Assembly (NCBI GenBank): GCA_032372955.1
Contig: GCA_032372955.1_4725.1
DNA length: 64,000 nt
Strand: one strand, 5' to 3'
From: Escherichia coli
GTDB lineage: Bacteria > Pseudomonadota > Gammaproteobacteria > Enterobacterales > Enterobacteriaceae
Shown here: piece after piece, positions 50,465 to 58,765 of the stretch
Numbering within the stretch: position 1 is the stretch's first letter
Layout of the letters: the number at the start of each line of letters is the position of its first letter
Made by a program: the position numbers and the translations under genes
The notes under the pieces: generated by a model
Seen by the model: the letters and a program-made list of their open reading frames with translations, nothing else
What the model was told of the DNA's origin: nothing
Databases searched by the model: none

Positions 50465-51266
50465 AGACACCAAAGATGCATTCGTGAGCGTTGAACTTGC
50501 GGATGTCTCTCTTATTGTCCGTGGCTATAAACCTGAACCTTATAAACAGGCGGCCGGTTTCAGACTCGCTCGGTCAGCAAGCCATTTAATGCCAGATGAG
50601 ATGGCGCTGATTACTGGTAAGATACGTTTGGTTTTTGAACCGGGTAATGACGGAAGAATACCCATTAGCACAACGTGTGTGGTATTCATTGATGACTATC
50701 CGTTGGTGCCTGTTGAATTGTCTACAGAACATCAATGGACCACCTTACCGATCACCCGTGGTTCATGCCAGAACTTTTCGTGTAAGACACCAATACTCCA
50801 AGAGATCTCTTCGTATAGCGACGGTGAACCGATACACACGTACGCACCGAAGTATTTCGACGACATCATTTTGTTCTTGTTGGATACGGATGATGTTGAG
50901 AAATACCTTCCTGAACGTACGACGTTCGTCAGCCCACGTAAACTGGAGATTGTTCGTGGCCGACCGCTGATGTTGGATCCAACCACCGAACGTCAACTCT
51001 TCACGTTACGTAAAGAAACCGATAACGATGGTCGAGAAGTGTGGGAGTTCCGCACGGATTATCTGTTGTTAAGTTTTATATTCCCGCAGGATCCGCATGA
51101 ACCCATTCAGGTTAAGCCGGGTAAATGGGGAGATGATGCATCGGATGAAGAACGCGTATCGATCGCGATGCAGTTGAAGATGATCATTCTTAGCGCGTTG
51201 CCTCGTTACGAGTGTTTACGGGATCGTATTTTCAACTACGTCGATACATCAGAAAGCGATAGTTAA
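50442..51266 (+). CDS. hypothetical protein
   Basis: ATG 50442; 23-nt overlap with upstream gene; 274 aa. Confidence 0.65.
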   Translation: MTLTTNNEDTKDAFVSVELADVSLIVRGYKPEPYKQAAGFRLARSASHLMPDEMALITGKIRLVFEPGNDGRIPISTTCVVFIDDYPLVPVELSTEHQWTTLPITRGSCQNFSCKTPILQEISSYSDGEPIHTYAPKYFDDIILFLLDTDDVEKYLPERTTFVSPRKLEIVRGRPLMLDPTTERQLFTLRKETDNDGREVWEFRTDYLLLSFIFPQDPHEPIQVKPGKWGDDASDEERVSIAMQLKMIILSALPRYECLRDRIFNYVDTSESDS

Positions 51267-51279
51267 TGAATAGGCTACC

Positions 51280-51654
51280 ATGGATAACATCAGCGTTATT
51301 CGTGAGTACCGTGCCGCCATTTATGTCGGCCCAATCGTCGATGTGTTAGACCTCGCTTTACGTTCGCCATTCCCTGACCCCGATGCGCGTCACCTGATGG
51401 TTGAATATGTCATTTTACAGGCCATCTTTGATTGTGGCCTGTTTTATTCTGATCAGTTAGCTTTGGCGTATTACTTCAAGCCGGAGATAACACAACTGTT
51501 GCAGGTGTTGTCGAGGAAGGTGCAGACAGATGTTCGTAAATGTGTTGTAGGTCAATTAGAGCCGAATTTCTGGTATCGATATGAATTCGAATTAGAAAGC
51601 GCTACATTGGAATACAACATGCTCCGGTTGGTGATGATCCGACAAGGAGTTTAA
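51280..51654 (+). CDS. hypothetical protein
   Basis: ATG 51280; 124 aa; weak SD. Confidence 0.55.
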   Translation: MDNISVIREYRAAIYVGPIVDVLDLALRSPFPDPDARHLMVEYVILQAIFDCGLFYSDQLALAYYFKPEITQLLQVLSRKVQTDVRKCVVGQLEPNFWYRYEFELESATLEYNMLRLVMIRQGV

Positions 51655-51665
51655 GGAGGATCTTC

Positions 51666-51965
51666 ATGACGACGAAGAAGAAAGTAATGCCGAAGGCTGC
51701 GCATGGTATCTACGAATTGTGGTTATTGGATAAACACGGCTATAAGGTCTTAACGAAAGAAGAAGGACGTCATGTTAAAGCAGGACTCATGGTACTACAA
51801 GGTGAGTTGTTGCTAGATAATGGCACGTTGTTTCTGAATGGAAGGAAAATTGCTGTAAAACAAGGACGTCGATATGAGATTTGTTATCCGTTGCGTCCAG
51901 GTGCGATGAAGAATGCGCTTTACGCAAGTATGCGTGCTGCGATGAAACGGGAAGGGTTGTTATGA
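51666..51965 (+). CDS. hypothetical protein
   Basis: ATG with strong AAGGAGG SD; 99 aa. Confidence 0.65.
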   Translation: MTTKKKVMPKAAHGIYELWLLDKHGYKVLTKEEGRHVKAGLMVLQGELLLDNGTLFLNGRKIAVKQGRRYEICYPLRPGAMKNALYASMRAAMKREGLL

Positions 51966-52498
51966 TGAGTGAGAAACCGCAAGTAAAGCTATATAAATCC
52001 GGCTATACGACAATAGAATACATTGAAGGGATTCACAAAAAGAAAGGTGCGGCGTATGTGCTGCATTATTCCAAACATCACGATACGCTATTTGCTTTTA
52101 CCGTAGTAAATATGCGAAATGTGAGTAGTAATGATATCGAACGTTGGTTAAATATCCATCCGACCGATGATCGTGTTCAATTTATCGTTACGCCATGTGT
52201 TGCGTTTTCTGGTAACGCCTATCGTTTTATGGATAGCGAAGACGGCGAATTATTTCTACGTTTGTATATCACCGACATTGCGAAGACAAGATCGACACCA
52301 TCATTGATCGTTGATGAGACAAAGACGCAATACGGTATTCAGTTCGATTGTTTACCGGACGATCTCATTTTCAGTAATAAGCTATCAACCTCGGCCTGTA
52401 TTATTGCTGCTGAATTTGCGAACGTGCTGAAAGTGTTTAAACGGCAAATACCTCCCTCGAAAACACCGAGGGAGGAAGCTGTTGTTAATCAGAAGTAA
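51962..52498 (+). CDS. hypothetical protein
   Basis: ATG 51962 in ATGA overlap; ORF-track start 51881 overlaps the upstream gene. Confidence 0.6.
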   Translation: MMSEKPQVKLYKSGYTTIEYIEGIHKKKGAAYVLHYSKHHDTLFAFTVVNMRNVSSNDIERWLNIHPTDDRVQFIVTPCVAFSGNAYRFMDSEDGELFLRLYITDIAKTRSTPSLIVDETKTQYGIQFDCLPDDLIFSNKLSTSACIIAAEFANVLKVFKRQIPPSKTPREEAVVNQK

Positions 52499-53331
52499 CC
52501 GGTTTGTAGTCGAATGGCGCGACGTTTAGTTTGTGGATCGTTCCAGGCAGCAACGCCAGCCCACGTTTCGTTCAGGAATTCCTGATATGTGTTTTCAGCA
52601 TCAGCAAAGCGATCGATGTATTCCTTGAATGCACCGACTTCTTGTCCTTGTGCTGTAACACCTCTGTCAAGACGGATAACGGTTCTGTTGTAGATGTCAC
52701 TTTGCGTGGCGTATAAACAGAGTTTGTAGAAATCGTTCCAAACCTCCATGCTGAGGTTGGTAAGTTCCGGATCGTGGGCAAGGAAACAGCGTAGGCTCAG
52801 GGGAAATTGTACAGGCGTGACGTTGTTCACCATGATGGTGTTAGGCGCGATGATATCAACGTTGGCTGTACTAAGAACGTTCATGGGACCGAACGCGTTC
52901 ATCCCTTGCTGTAACGTGTTGCTTGCGGGGTTCCACCCACAAAGCTGACGTTGAAATTGGGTTTGGTTGAAAGCGCCCCATTGCCCGTTATAGTTTATTC
53001 CGTAGTTGTTCACGCTCCCTGAAATAATGGATAATGCGGACGTGATGTAACGTCCCTGCGTGGCTTCCAACGGAATGTGGAAAACATAACAGTTAATGGT
53101 GACTTCTTCGATAGTGACACCGGCATCATCAAGGGGGATAACGGTTTGTAGTCCCCCGTAGATATCGATGTCGCCGATAACCCGTTTACGGATTACCCAA
53201 TCGGTAATGATGTCTTCTACGGAACGAGGATAGCGATTACGCCAGTCGTAGCGATCGATATAGCAATACTGTAGGATATCTGCCGGTATTGTACGACAGA
53301 TACGATCTACACTGTAGTCAATAGCACCCAT
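52489..53331 (-). CDS. hypothetical protein
   Basis: ATG with AGGGGTGA SD (minus); 280 aa; 10-nt convergent overlap with 51962..52498. Confidence 0.65.
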   Translation of the reverse strand: MGAIDYSVDRICRTIPADILQYCYIDRYDWRNRYPRSVEDIITDWVIRKRVIGDIDIYGGLQTVIPLDDAGVTIEEVTINCYVFHIPLEATQGRYITSALSIISGSVNNYGINYNGQWGAFNQTQFQRQLCGWNPASNTLQQGMNAFGPMNVLSTANVDIIAPNTIMVNNVTPVQFPLSLRCFLAHDPELTNLSMEVWNDFYKLCLYATQSDIYNRTVIRLDRGVTAQGQEVGAFKEYIDRFADAENTYQEFLNETWAGVAAWNDPQTKRRAIRLQTGYF

Positions 53332-53395
53332 GGGTCACCCCTTTAGCAAAGAAAGATTCATTGTGCGTTAAATACATATTAAGTTAGGAGTTCAC

Positions 53396-54376
53396 ATGCA
53401 AGAGAACCAAGTACATATTTGGGCTGTCGGTGGTTGTGGTGGCGAAATCGGCTCAGCATTTGAAGGCGAAGTCGCGAAAGGATTACACAGCATGACGTAT
53501 GTTGATACCAGCCGCGCTAACCTACGCGATAGCACACTGGGCGACGATCATATTTACATCTTTAAAGATGCAGCCGGTCGTGAGTTAGACGGTTCTGGTA
53601 AGAAGCGTGACGAGAACGCTGAACTGATCTGTTCGCAAATCCCAGGTATTCTCAATAAGCATACACCAGGTAAATTTAATATCGTGGTCTTTAGTTTGAG
53701 CGGTGGTTCAGGTTCTGTTGCCGGTCCTGCGTTGGTTGCTAACCTGCTGGAACGCGGTGAACGTGTGGTGTGTTGCATCGTTGCCTCGTTCGATGATGAG
53801 CGTCAGACGATCAACGCCGATCGCACCTTCAAAGGACTGATGGCGGCTGCAGAAGGGTTGAAGCGTCCAGTGATTGTTAGCTATCACATGAATGGCGAAA
53901 ATGGGAAATCAGAGCAGGATGTCAACCTGGATGTGCAGGTTGTTATCAGCCAGCTTTGCGTTCTGTTTTCTGGCGAGAACCGTCGTCTTGACAGCGCTGA
54001 CCTGGAAAACTTCTTAAACCATCCACGTGTTACCGGTTTGGAACCAACGATCACCGAACTGAATACGTTCATGGGATACGATTGGACGAAAGAGAACGAT
54101 AGCCCGATTGCTTTCTGTACGCTTTATCCGAAAGACGCGACAAAAGTCATGGGCGTTAGCGCTATTTACAGCTGCGATGGTTTTGTGCCTGAAAGCAGCC
54201 CAATTCGTGAAGCGACGTCGTTTGTTTTAAGTACCGATCGTTTAGGGGGTATTATCAAACAGATCGCGGACGAAGCGAAACGTTACATCGAACATCGTAA
54301 CGCGCGTCAACAGGCACCGAAAGTTGGTGACGAAACTGTAGCAGAAGCGAAGAATAGCGGTTTCTTGCTTTTCTAA
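53396..54376 (+). CDS. phuZ: PhuZ-like phage tubulin/FtsZ-family protein
   Basis: N-terminal VGGCGGEIG (T1-loop-like) and SLSGGSGSVAG (tubulin GGGTGSG signature-like); 326 aa, close to known PhuZ length; AGGAG SD. Confidence 0.7.
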   Translation: MQENQVHIWAVGGCGGEIGSAFEGEVAKGLHSMTYVDTSRANLRDSTLGDDHIYIFKDAAGRELDGSGKKRDENAELICSQIPGILNKHTPGKFNIVVFSLSGGSGSVAGPALVANLLERGERVVCCIVASFDDERQTINADRTFKGLMAAAEGLKRPVIVSYHMNGENGKSEQDVNLDVQVVISQLCVLFSGENRRLDSADLENFLNHPRVTGLEPTITELNTFMGYDWTKENDSPIAFCTLYPKDATKVMGVSAIYSCDGFVPESSPIREATSFVLSTDRLGGIIKQIADEAKRYIEHRNARQQAPKVGDETVAEAKNSGFLLF

Positions 54377-54413
54377 CACCGAACCAAAAAGTTCAAGTGA
54401 TTGGAGATGCGCT

Positions 54414-54614
54414 ATGTCGCTGTTTATCTGCGAACGTTGCGGTCATGTTGATAGTACCGAACTCGCTTACGAGAATCGACAAAGTGCTGGTCAGTTCCTG
54501 TGTACGAAATGCCAAGGCCGTCAATGGCATGGCTATTTTCCATATCAGCTGTATGACCCAGCAAAACACGCACATATCGTCAACCATCCTTCATTGAAAT
54601 TGGATGGTTATTAA
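54414..54614 (+). CDS. small zinc-ribbon-like protein
   Basis: 66 aa with CERCGH ... CTKCQG (two CxxC pairs); GGAG SD. Confidence 0.55.
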   Translation: MSLFICERCGHVDSTELAYENRQSAGQFLCTKCQGRQWHGYFPYQLYDPAKHAHIVNHPSLKLDGY

Positions 54615-54623
54615 GTTCTATCG

Positions 54624-54650
54624 AGCCTGTCCTTCGGGGCAGGCTTTTAT
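54624..54650 (+). terminator. rho-independent terminator with UUCG tetraloop
   Basis: agcctgtcc-ttcg-gggcaggct (9 bp, one G-U) followed by tttat. Confidence 0.65.
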
Positions 54651-54667
54651 GCCGCGTAGGAGAAAGC

Positions 54668-54988
54668 ATGGGAAAGTGGTGGGAGAAAATAAGAAAGCGG
54701 TTTAACGATTGGAATCAGGAACGGCAAGATCGTAAGGATATTGAAGTTATGCGTGGTTACCCAGCGTATACCAACACGTACCTTACGCTCTACTACAATC
54801 GCTCAAAGAAAGAATGGACATTTGAATGGGATGATTTGTTCGCTAACCCCAGACCTGCACATTGGCCATTCCACGACTGTGTTATGGTTGTCCCTCCAGA
54901 TACCAGAGCAACGGAGGATGAAATAAAGCGTGCTTGGGACGTCTTAGACGAAAGAGGTATCGGTGGTATTCGAAGAGGGAGAAAATGA
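54668..54988 (+). CDS. hypothetical protein
   Basis: ATG with AGGAG SD; 106 aa. Confidence 0.6.
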   Translation: MGKWWEKIRKRFNDWNQERQDRKDIEVMRGYPAYTNTYLTLYYNRSKKEWTFEWDDLFANPRPAHWPFHDCVMVVPPDTRATEDEIKRAWDVLDERGIGGIRRGRK

Positions 54989-55079
54989 CGTCAGAAACTC
55001 TCCTGCTTCGTTTTACGCCGTATATTTTAACTATTCCCAGATATCGTGTGTATAAACAATGGGGACTTAGGAAAAGAGT

Positions 55080-56057
55080 ATGACCAAGAGATTAGCCAGG
55101 ATCGATTTGTACACATTAGCATCGTGGGTTTCATTACCGCTTATCGATTGTCTGAGTTTGCATCATCAACGCCAGCTTTCTCCGAAGGAAAAAATGCAAT
55201 TAACCGAGTTGTTGGTGGATTTCGATCTTAATCAGAGAATGACCTGGACTCGACATGATCCTCGATATCGTCATGAATCGTTCGCAGATATTCTCGGCCC
55301 GATTTGGTACCAACCTGAATTTCGAGAAGACTTCGATGTTGTCCAGGGTATGGTAACCGAATATTTGTCTTATCATCACAATAAGCTGTTTGGTAAGAAC
55401 TGGTCGGATAACCGTATTTACGGAATAGAACGTGTGTGCGATTATGCCTATATTGTTGATCTTGGCCGCGTTCCTAAACGTCAAACAAAACCAACGCCGT
55501 TAAAAGCATTTGAGTTCCAAGAAACAGAGTATTGCGTCGATCGTAAATCAGCAACCGAACACGTTGTCCGCGTACGTAATAGTAATCCTCGAGTGATGGC
55601 GATGCCGTCAATTAACATTACGATCAATATCTGCCCGTCTGGCGCGATTGTTGAACGTCCCCAGGAGCTAACAGATGAACAATTTGAATGGCTTGGGCAA
55701 TTGGAAGAACTTCGATTGGCTCACGCAAAACGAAAAGCGGAACAACTCGCCAATGAACCCGTTTATATTAAACAAGGCCTTGCCCTTAAGGAGCGATTTA
55801 AACAACGCCGCTCCGTCTTCGGTCCGGTGCAACCCGTACTATATGAGTTTGGGGTTCCCGAGTACCGGATGGATGCTGAGTCGGTGGCAACCGCTTTCTT
55901 GGATAACGGTGAAATACATCGACAAGGTGCACGTTCTTCGGGTCCTTTTAGACCGGTTCGAGTCCAGCGTCCACGCAGACATCGGCATACTAAGTCGAGA
56001 ACAGGAAATGATGACGTGTCACGAGACATGGACCGATCTCATTACCGAACTTATTGA
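55080..56057 (+). CDS. hypothetical protein (3' portion doubtful; possible frameshift into next frame near 55900-55925)
   Basis: ATG with AGGA SD; last 50 codons are rich in rare CGA/AGA codons while the +1 frame looks coding. Confidence 0.45.
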   Translation: MTKRLARIDLYTLASWVSLPLIDCLSLHHQRQLSPKEKMQLTELLVDFDLNQRMTWTRHDPRYRHESFADILGPIWYQPEFREDFDVVQGMVTEYLSYHHNKLFGKNWSDNRIYGIERVCDYAYIVDLGRVPKRQTKPTPLKAFEFQETEYCVDRKSATEHVVRVRNSNPRVMAMPSINITINICPSGAIVERPQELTDEQFEWLGQLEELRLAHAKRKAEQLANEPVYIKQGLALKERFKQRRSVFGPVQPVLYEFGVPEYRMDAESVATAFLDNGEIHRQGARSSGPFRPVRVQRPRRHRHTKSRTGNDDVSRDMDRSHYRTY

Positions 56058-56413
56058 GCGGGCTGGCGATACAGAACGTATTTTCAATGAAGACGATCCG
56101 TCGATGGAAAGGCATGTTGACGCTTACCATGCGGCCGCGTCAGAACTTACGAATCTCACCATGGCGCTGGAGCCTGTCTTCGGTAGTGAGTTTATTCACG
56201 TATGGGAACACATGTTGGAAGGGCCTTACAATTGGGCGTTGGAGAGTTACAATGCGGCCACCTTTGTTGCGATCTTTAGAGCAATTTCAGAGAGACGATT
56301 CTAAGCCGTCGGTTATTCCGCGCCCAAGTCAGGTTTCGATACATATTCGCACACCACAGACAGGGCGTCGGTACATCATCCCATTATTAAACTACAGTGA
56401 ATATCTGTTTTCG

Positions 56414-56737
56414 ATGCTCGATGAGCGATTACCTTATTTCTCACCGAACGGAAATTATGATATTCACACGTTGCTTTACGACACGATTGAACTGTATCTG
56501 TACAAACGGAATATCTCTGGCCGTGATGTCGACATGCAACTTGAGTTCGTTCTGGATGAAGTTTTCATGCATGAAGACTACGGCCATGATGAGAAGTTCG
56601 ATTTTCGTTGTCGTTTATCGGTGATGCGAAGCGAAGTTAACCAAATCCTTCGTACGTGGATTCCACGTGTAGAAGATTGGTGGCATTTCAATTTTACGTT
56701 AGATACGAGTATGACGTTATGGTTGGTGGTGGAATAA
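56414..56737 (+). CDS. hypothetical protein (minimal model; frame is open and coding-like upstream to about 56280)
   Basis: First ATG in frame is 56414 with no clear SD; ORF-track start 56054 overlaps the preceding frame. Confidence 0.4.
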   Translation: MLDERLPYFSPNGNYDIHTLLYDTIELYLYKRNISGRDVDMQLEFVLDEVFMHEDYGHDEKFDFRCRLSVMRSEVNQILRTWIPRVEDWWHFNFTLDTSMTLWLVVE

Positions 56738-57231
56738 TGCAATCAAAGCCGTCGGCATTTGTGCGTTATCGGCAGAAACCTAATTTTCTTAATGGGAAAG
56801 ATGACGGCGTGCGGATATCGGTGTGCTTGGAAACCGTACTGGCGATGTTGTACCAGCATATGGACAAGTATACTTTCTTCGACCGCATTAACGTATCGGC
56901 TTATGACGTGCTTCAGTATACGACGTATGAGTACTGGTCGTTACGTATGCAGCGACCATTTCAATCGTGGTATCCGCCGGTATATGAAATGATAAGCGAA
57001 GAACTGTGTCAGGAACTGGTTAGCGTAGATCATGACGGTGAGTATTATGAAGCCATTTATAGTTATGTTGACGCGATCCAGGAAACCGTTAATCTGATCT
57101 TCCCGTGCTTTGACTACTCGATGACGCAGATGTTAACGGCCAGTGGGTTATTACCGAAGACCGGCGAGAACAACCTCGAGCTAGAAGGAATTCATGGATA
57201 TGTTGCCTTTTTCAACATTGAATGTGGTTGA
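56737..57231 (+). CDS. hypothetical protein
   Basis: ATG 56737 in TAATG overlap; ORF-track start 56656 overlaps the upstream gene. Confidence 0.6.
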   Translation: MQSKPSAFVRYRQKPNFLNGKDDGVRISVCLETVLAMLYQHMDKYTFFDRINVSAYDVLQYTTYEYWSLRMQRPFQSWYPPVYEMISEELCQELVSVDHDGEYYEAIYSYVDAIQETVNLIFPCFDYSMTQMLTASGLLPKTGENNLELEGIHGYVAFFNIECG

Positions 57232-57682
57232 TCGTGGAACAGATACCTATCGTCTGACGGTTACTATCCCTGATTGGTTACAAGCAGAGCTGAGCACCAT
57301 GAATGACCCAGAAGATCCGTTGCGCATAACAACGTTGTTGGTACTGGCGTTACGGTATCTTAATCGTCCCGTCTTGTCACGCGAGGCATTCGAGAATGCG
57401 TATATCCTCGGATACGTTAAACGTGAAGACATGGTGTTGTTTACGAAGATGCAGCTCTGTTTCTTAAATCAGCTATGTCTGTTCAATGTCGGACGTACAA
57501 CTAACGCACATCGTTACGGATGGGAGGTTGTACAAATCTATCCTACCGTTATGGTAGTATCTAGTTTTCGTCGTGCGTTGTGGGACGATCCAGAAAAGAC
57601 TGTGGCGTCGTTAATACATACGCCGAACAAGAGAAACACAGGATGGAAAAATACGCCACTGAGCGCCGTCGCCACGTTATAA
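57194..57682 (+). CDS. hypothetical protein
   Basis: ATG with GAAGGA SD; 162 aa. Confidence 0.6.
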   Translation: MDMLPFSTLNVVDRGTDTYRLTVTIPDWLQAELSTMNDPEDPLRITTLLVLALRYLNRPVLSREAFENAYILGYVKREDMVLFTKMQLCFLNQLCLFNVGRTTNAHRYGWEVVQIYPTVMVVSSFRRALWDDPEKTVASLIHTPNKRNTGWKNTPLSAVATL

Positions 57683-58041
57683 AACGCGATGACTACTATC
57701 TTGAGCAACTGCTCGAACAGGCGGTTAACGACATCTATAGTCAGGCAGAAGACGATTACTGTTTGTCTGGGTGGGGTACCGAAGGAAGGCAGATGCTGAT
57801 GAGGAATCTACTGCAAGAAATTGCGGATGTTGTCTTATCGGATATCGACGATGACTTTATCGATGAATACTGCGAGGAGAGATCGTTATCACGAAACCTT
57901 ATCGTGCGTATTATCGGACGTGTTTATTATCGTGTTGTCCAGGATATGGAATTCACAAAAACGTTTTATCGTGGCGGAACACTATCATCTATCCGGGTCT
58001 GGTCAGCGACGACTTTCGGATACGAATACATTTTTAAATAA
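57643..58041 (+). CDS. hypothetical protein
   Basis: First ATG 57643; ORF-track start 57580 is GTG with larger overlap. Confidence 0.5.
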   Translation: MEKYATERRRHVIKRDDYYLEQLLEQAVNDIYSQAEDDYCLSGWGTEGRQMLMRNLLQEIADVVLSDIDDDFIDEYCEERSLSRNLIVRIIGRVYYRVVQDMEFTKTFYRGGTLSSIRVWSATTFGYEYIFK

Positions 58042-58052
58042 AGGATGCTATT

Positions 58053-58466
58053 ATGCCAGCTTCTGATTTAGAAAAGATTGGCTCTGTTGTGAGTTTTGAT
58101 GTGTACGCCCCAGAACTTGGGGTTAACTTCAACGGAGTAGAAATTAGCGCCGTGTACAATTATCGTACGGCTGTGCGCAACGGCCGTGATGTAGACGCCA
58201 TTCACCAACAGATTTATTCCCGGCTCCCGTCTAGTGTACCGAACGATCCGACGAGATACAATTACGTCGAGGTCATTACAGCCGATGGCGAGTATGTGAT
58301 TCTAGGGATTCCTTGGATTAAGGAGAGTACAATCGTTGTTACCAAGACACTGATCTATAAACCCAGCATCGTTATTGAGGATGCGACCGACGTGACGAAA
58401 ATTAATCAGATTCTTAATCAGGCAGGTTACACTAAGATTGTTGCTAACGACTTGATTAATCAGTAA
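58053..58466 (+). CDS. hypothetical protein
   Basis: ATG with AAGGA SD; 137 aa. Confidence 0.65.
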   Translation: MPASDLEKIGSVVSFDVYAPELGVNFNGVEISAVYNYRTAVRNGRDVDAIHQQIYSRLPSSVPNDPTRYNYVEVITADGEYVILGIPWIKESTIVVTKTLIYKPSIVIEDATDVTKINQILNQAGYTKIVANDLINQ

Positions 58467-58664
58467 ACTTTTACATACAGTACTATATATTTTGAGTGGT
58501 TAGTGCCATCAGTGAAATAAGATAGATTCGTGTTTTTTATTCCTTCTTTGGCGAATCGCCTCTCGTGTTACAACCTCCCTCTGATCTAGCATCATTGTGC
58601 ACGAGAGAAGATCTTGTTTCACGAACATCATCGATATCTTTCTGTCAGTTATTATCCTTTTTAA

Positions 58665-58698
58665 CCGATCTGGCTTCGGCTGGATCGGTTCTTTTTTA
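58665..58698 (+). terminator. rho-independent terminator with UUCG tetraloop
   Basis: ccgatctggc-ttcg-gctggatcgg (10 bp, two G-U) followed by ttctttttta. Confidence 0.7.
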
Positions 58699-58765
58699 TG
58701 CCGTCCTTCTTTTTTAACAGATATACGAGATGATGTAGACAGACTAAATAACTTTTGGAGGATTT

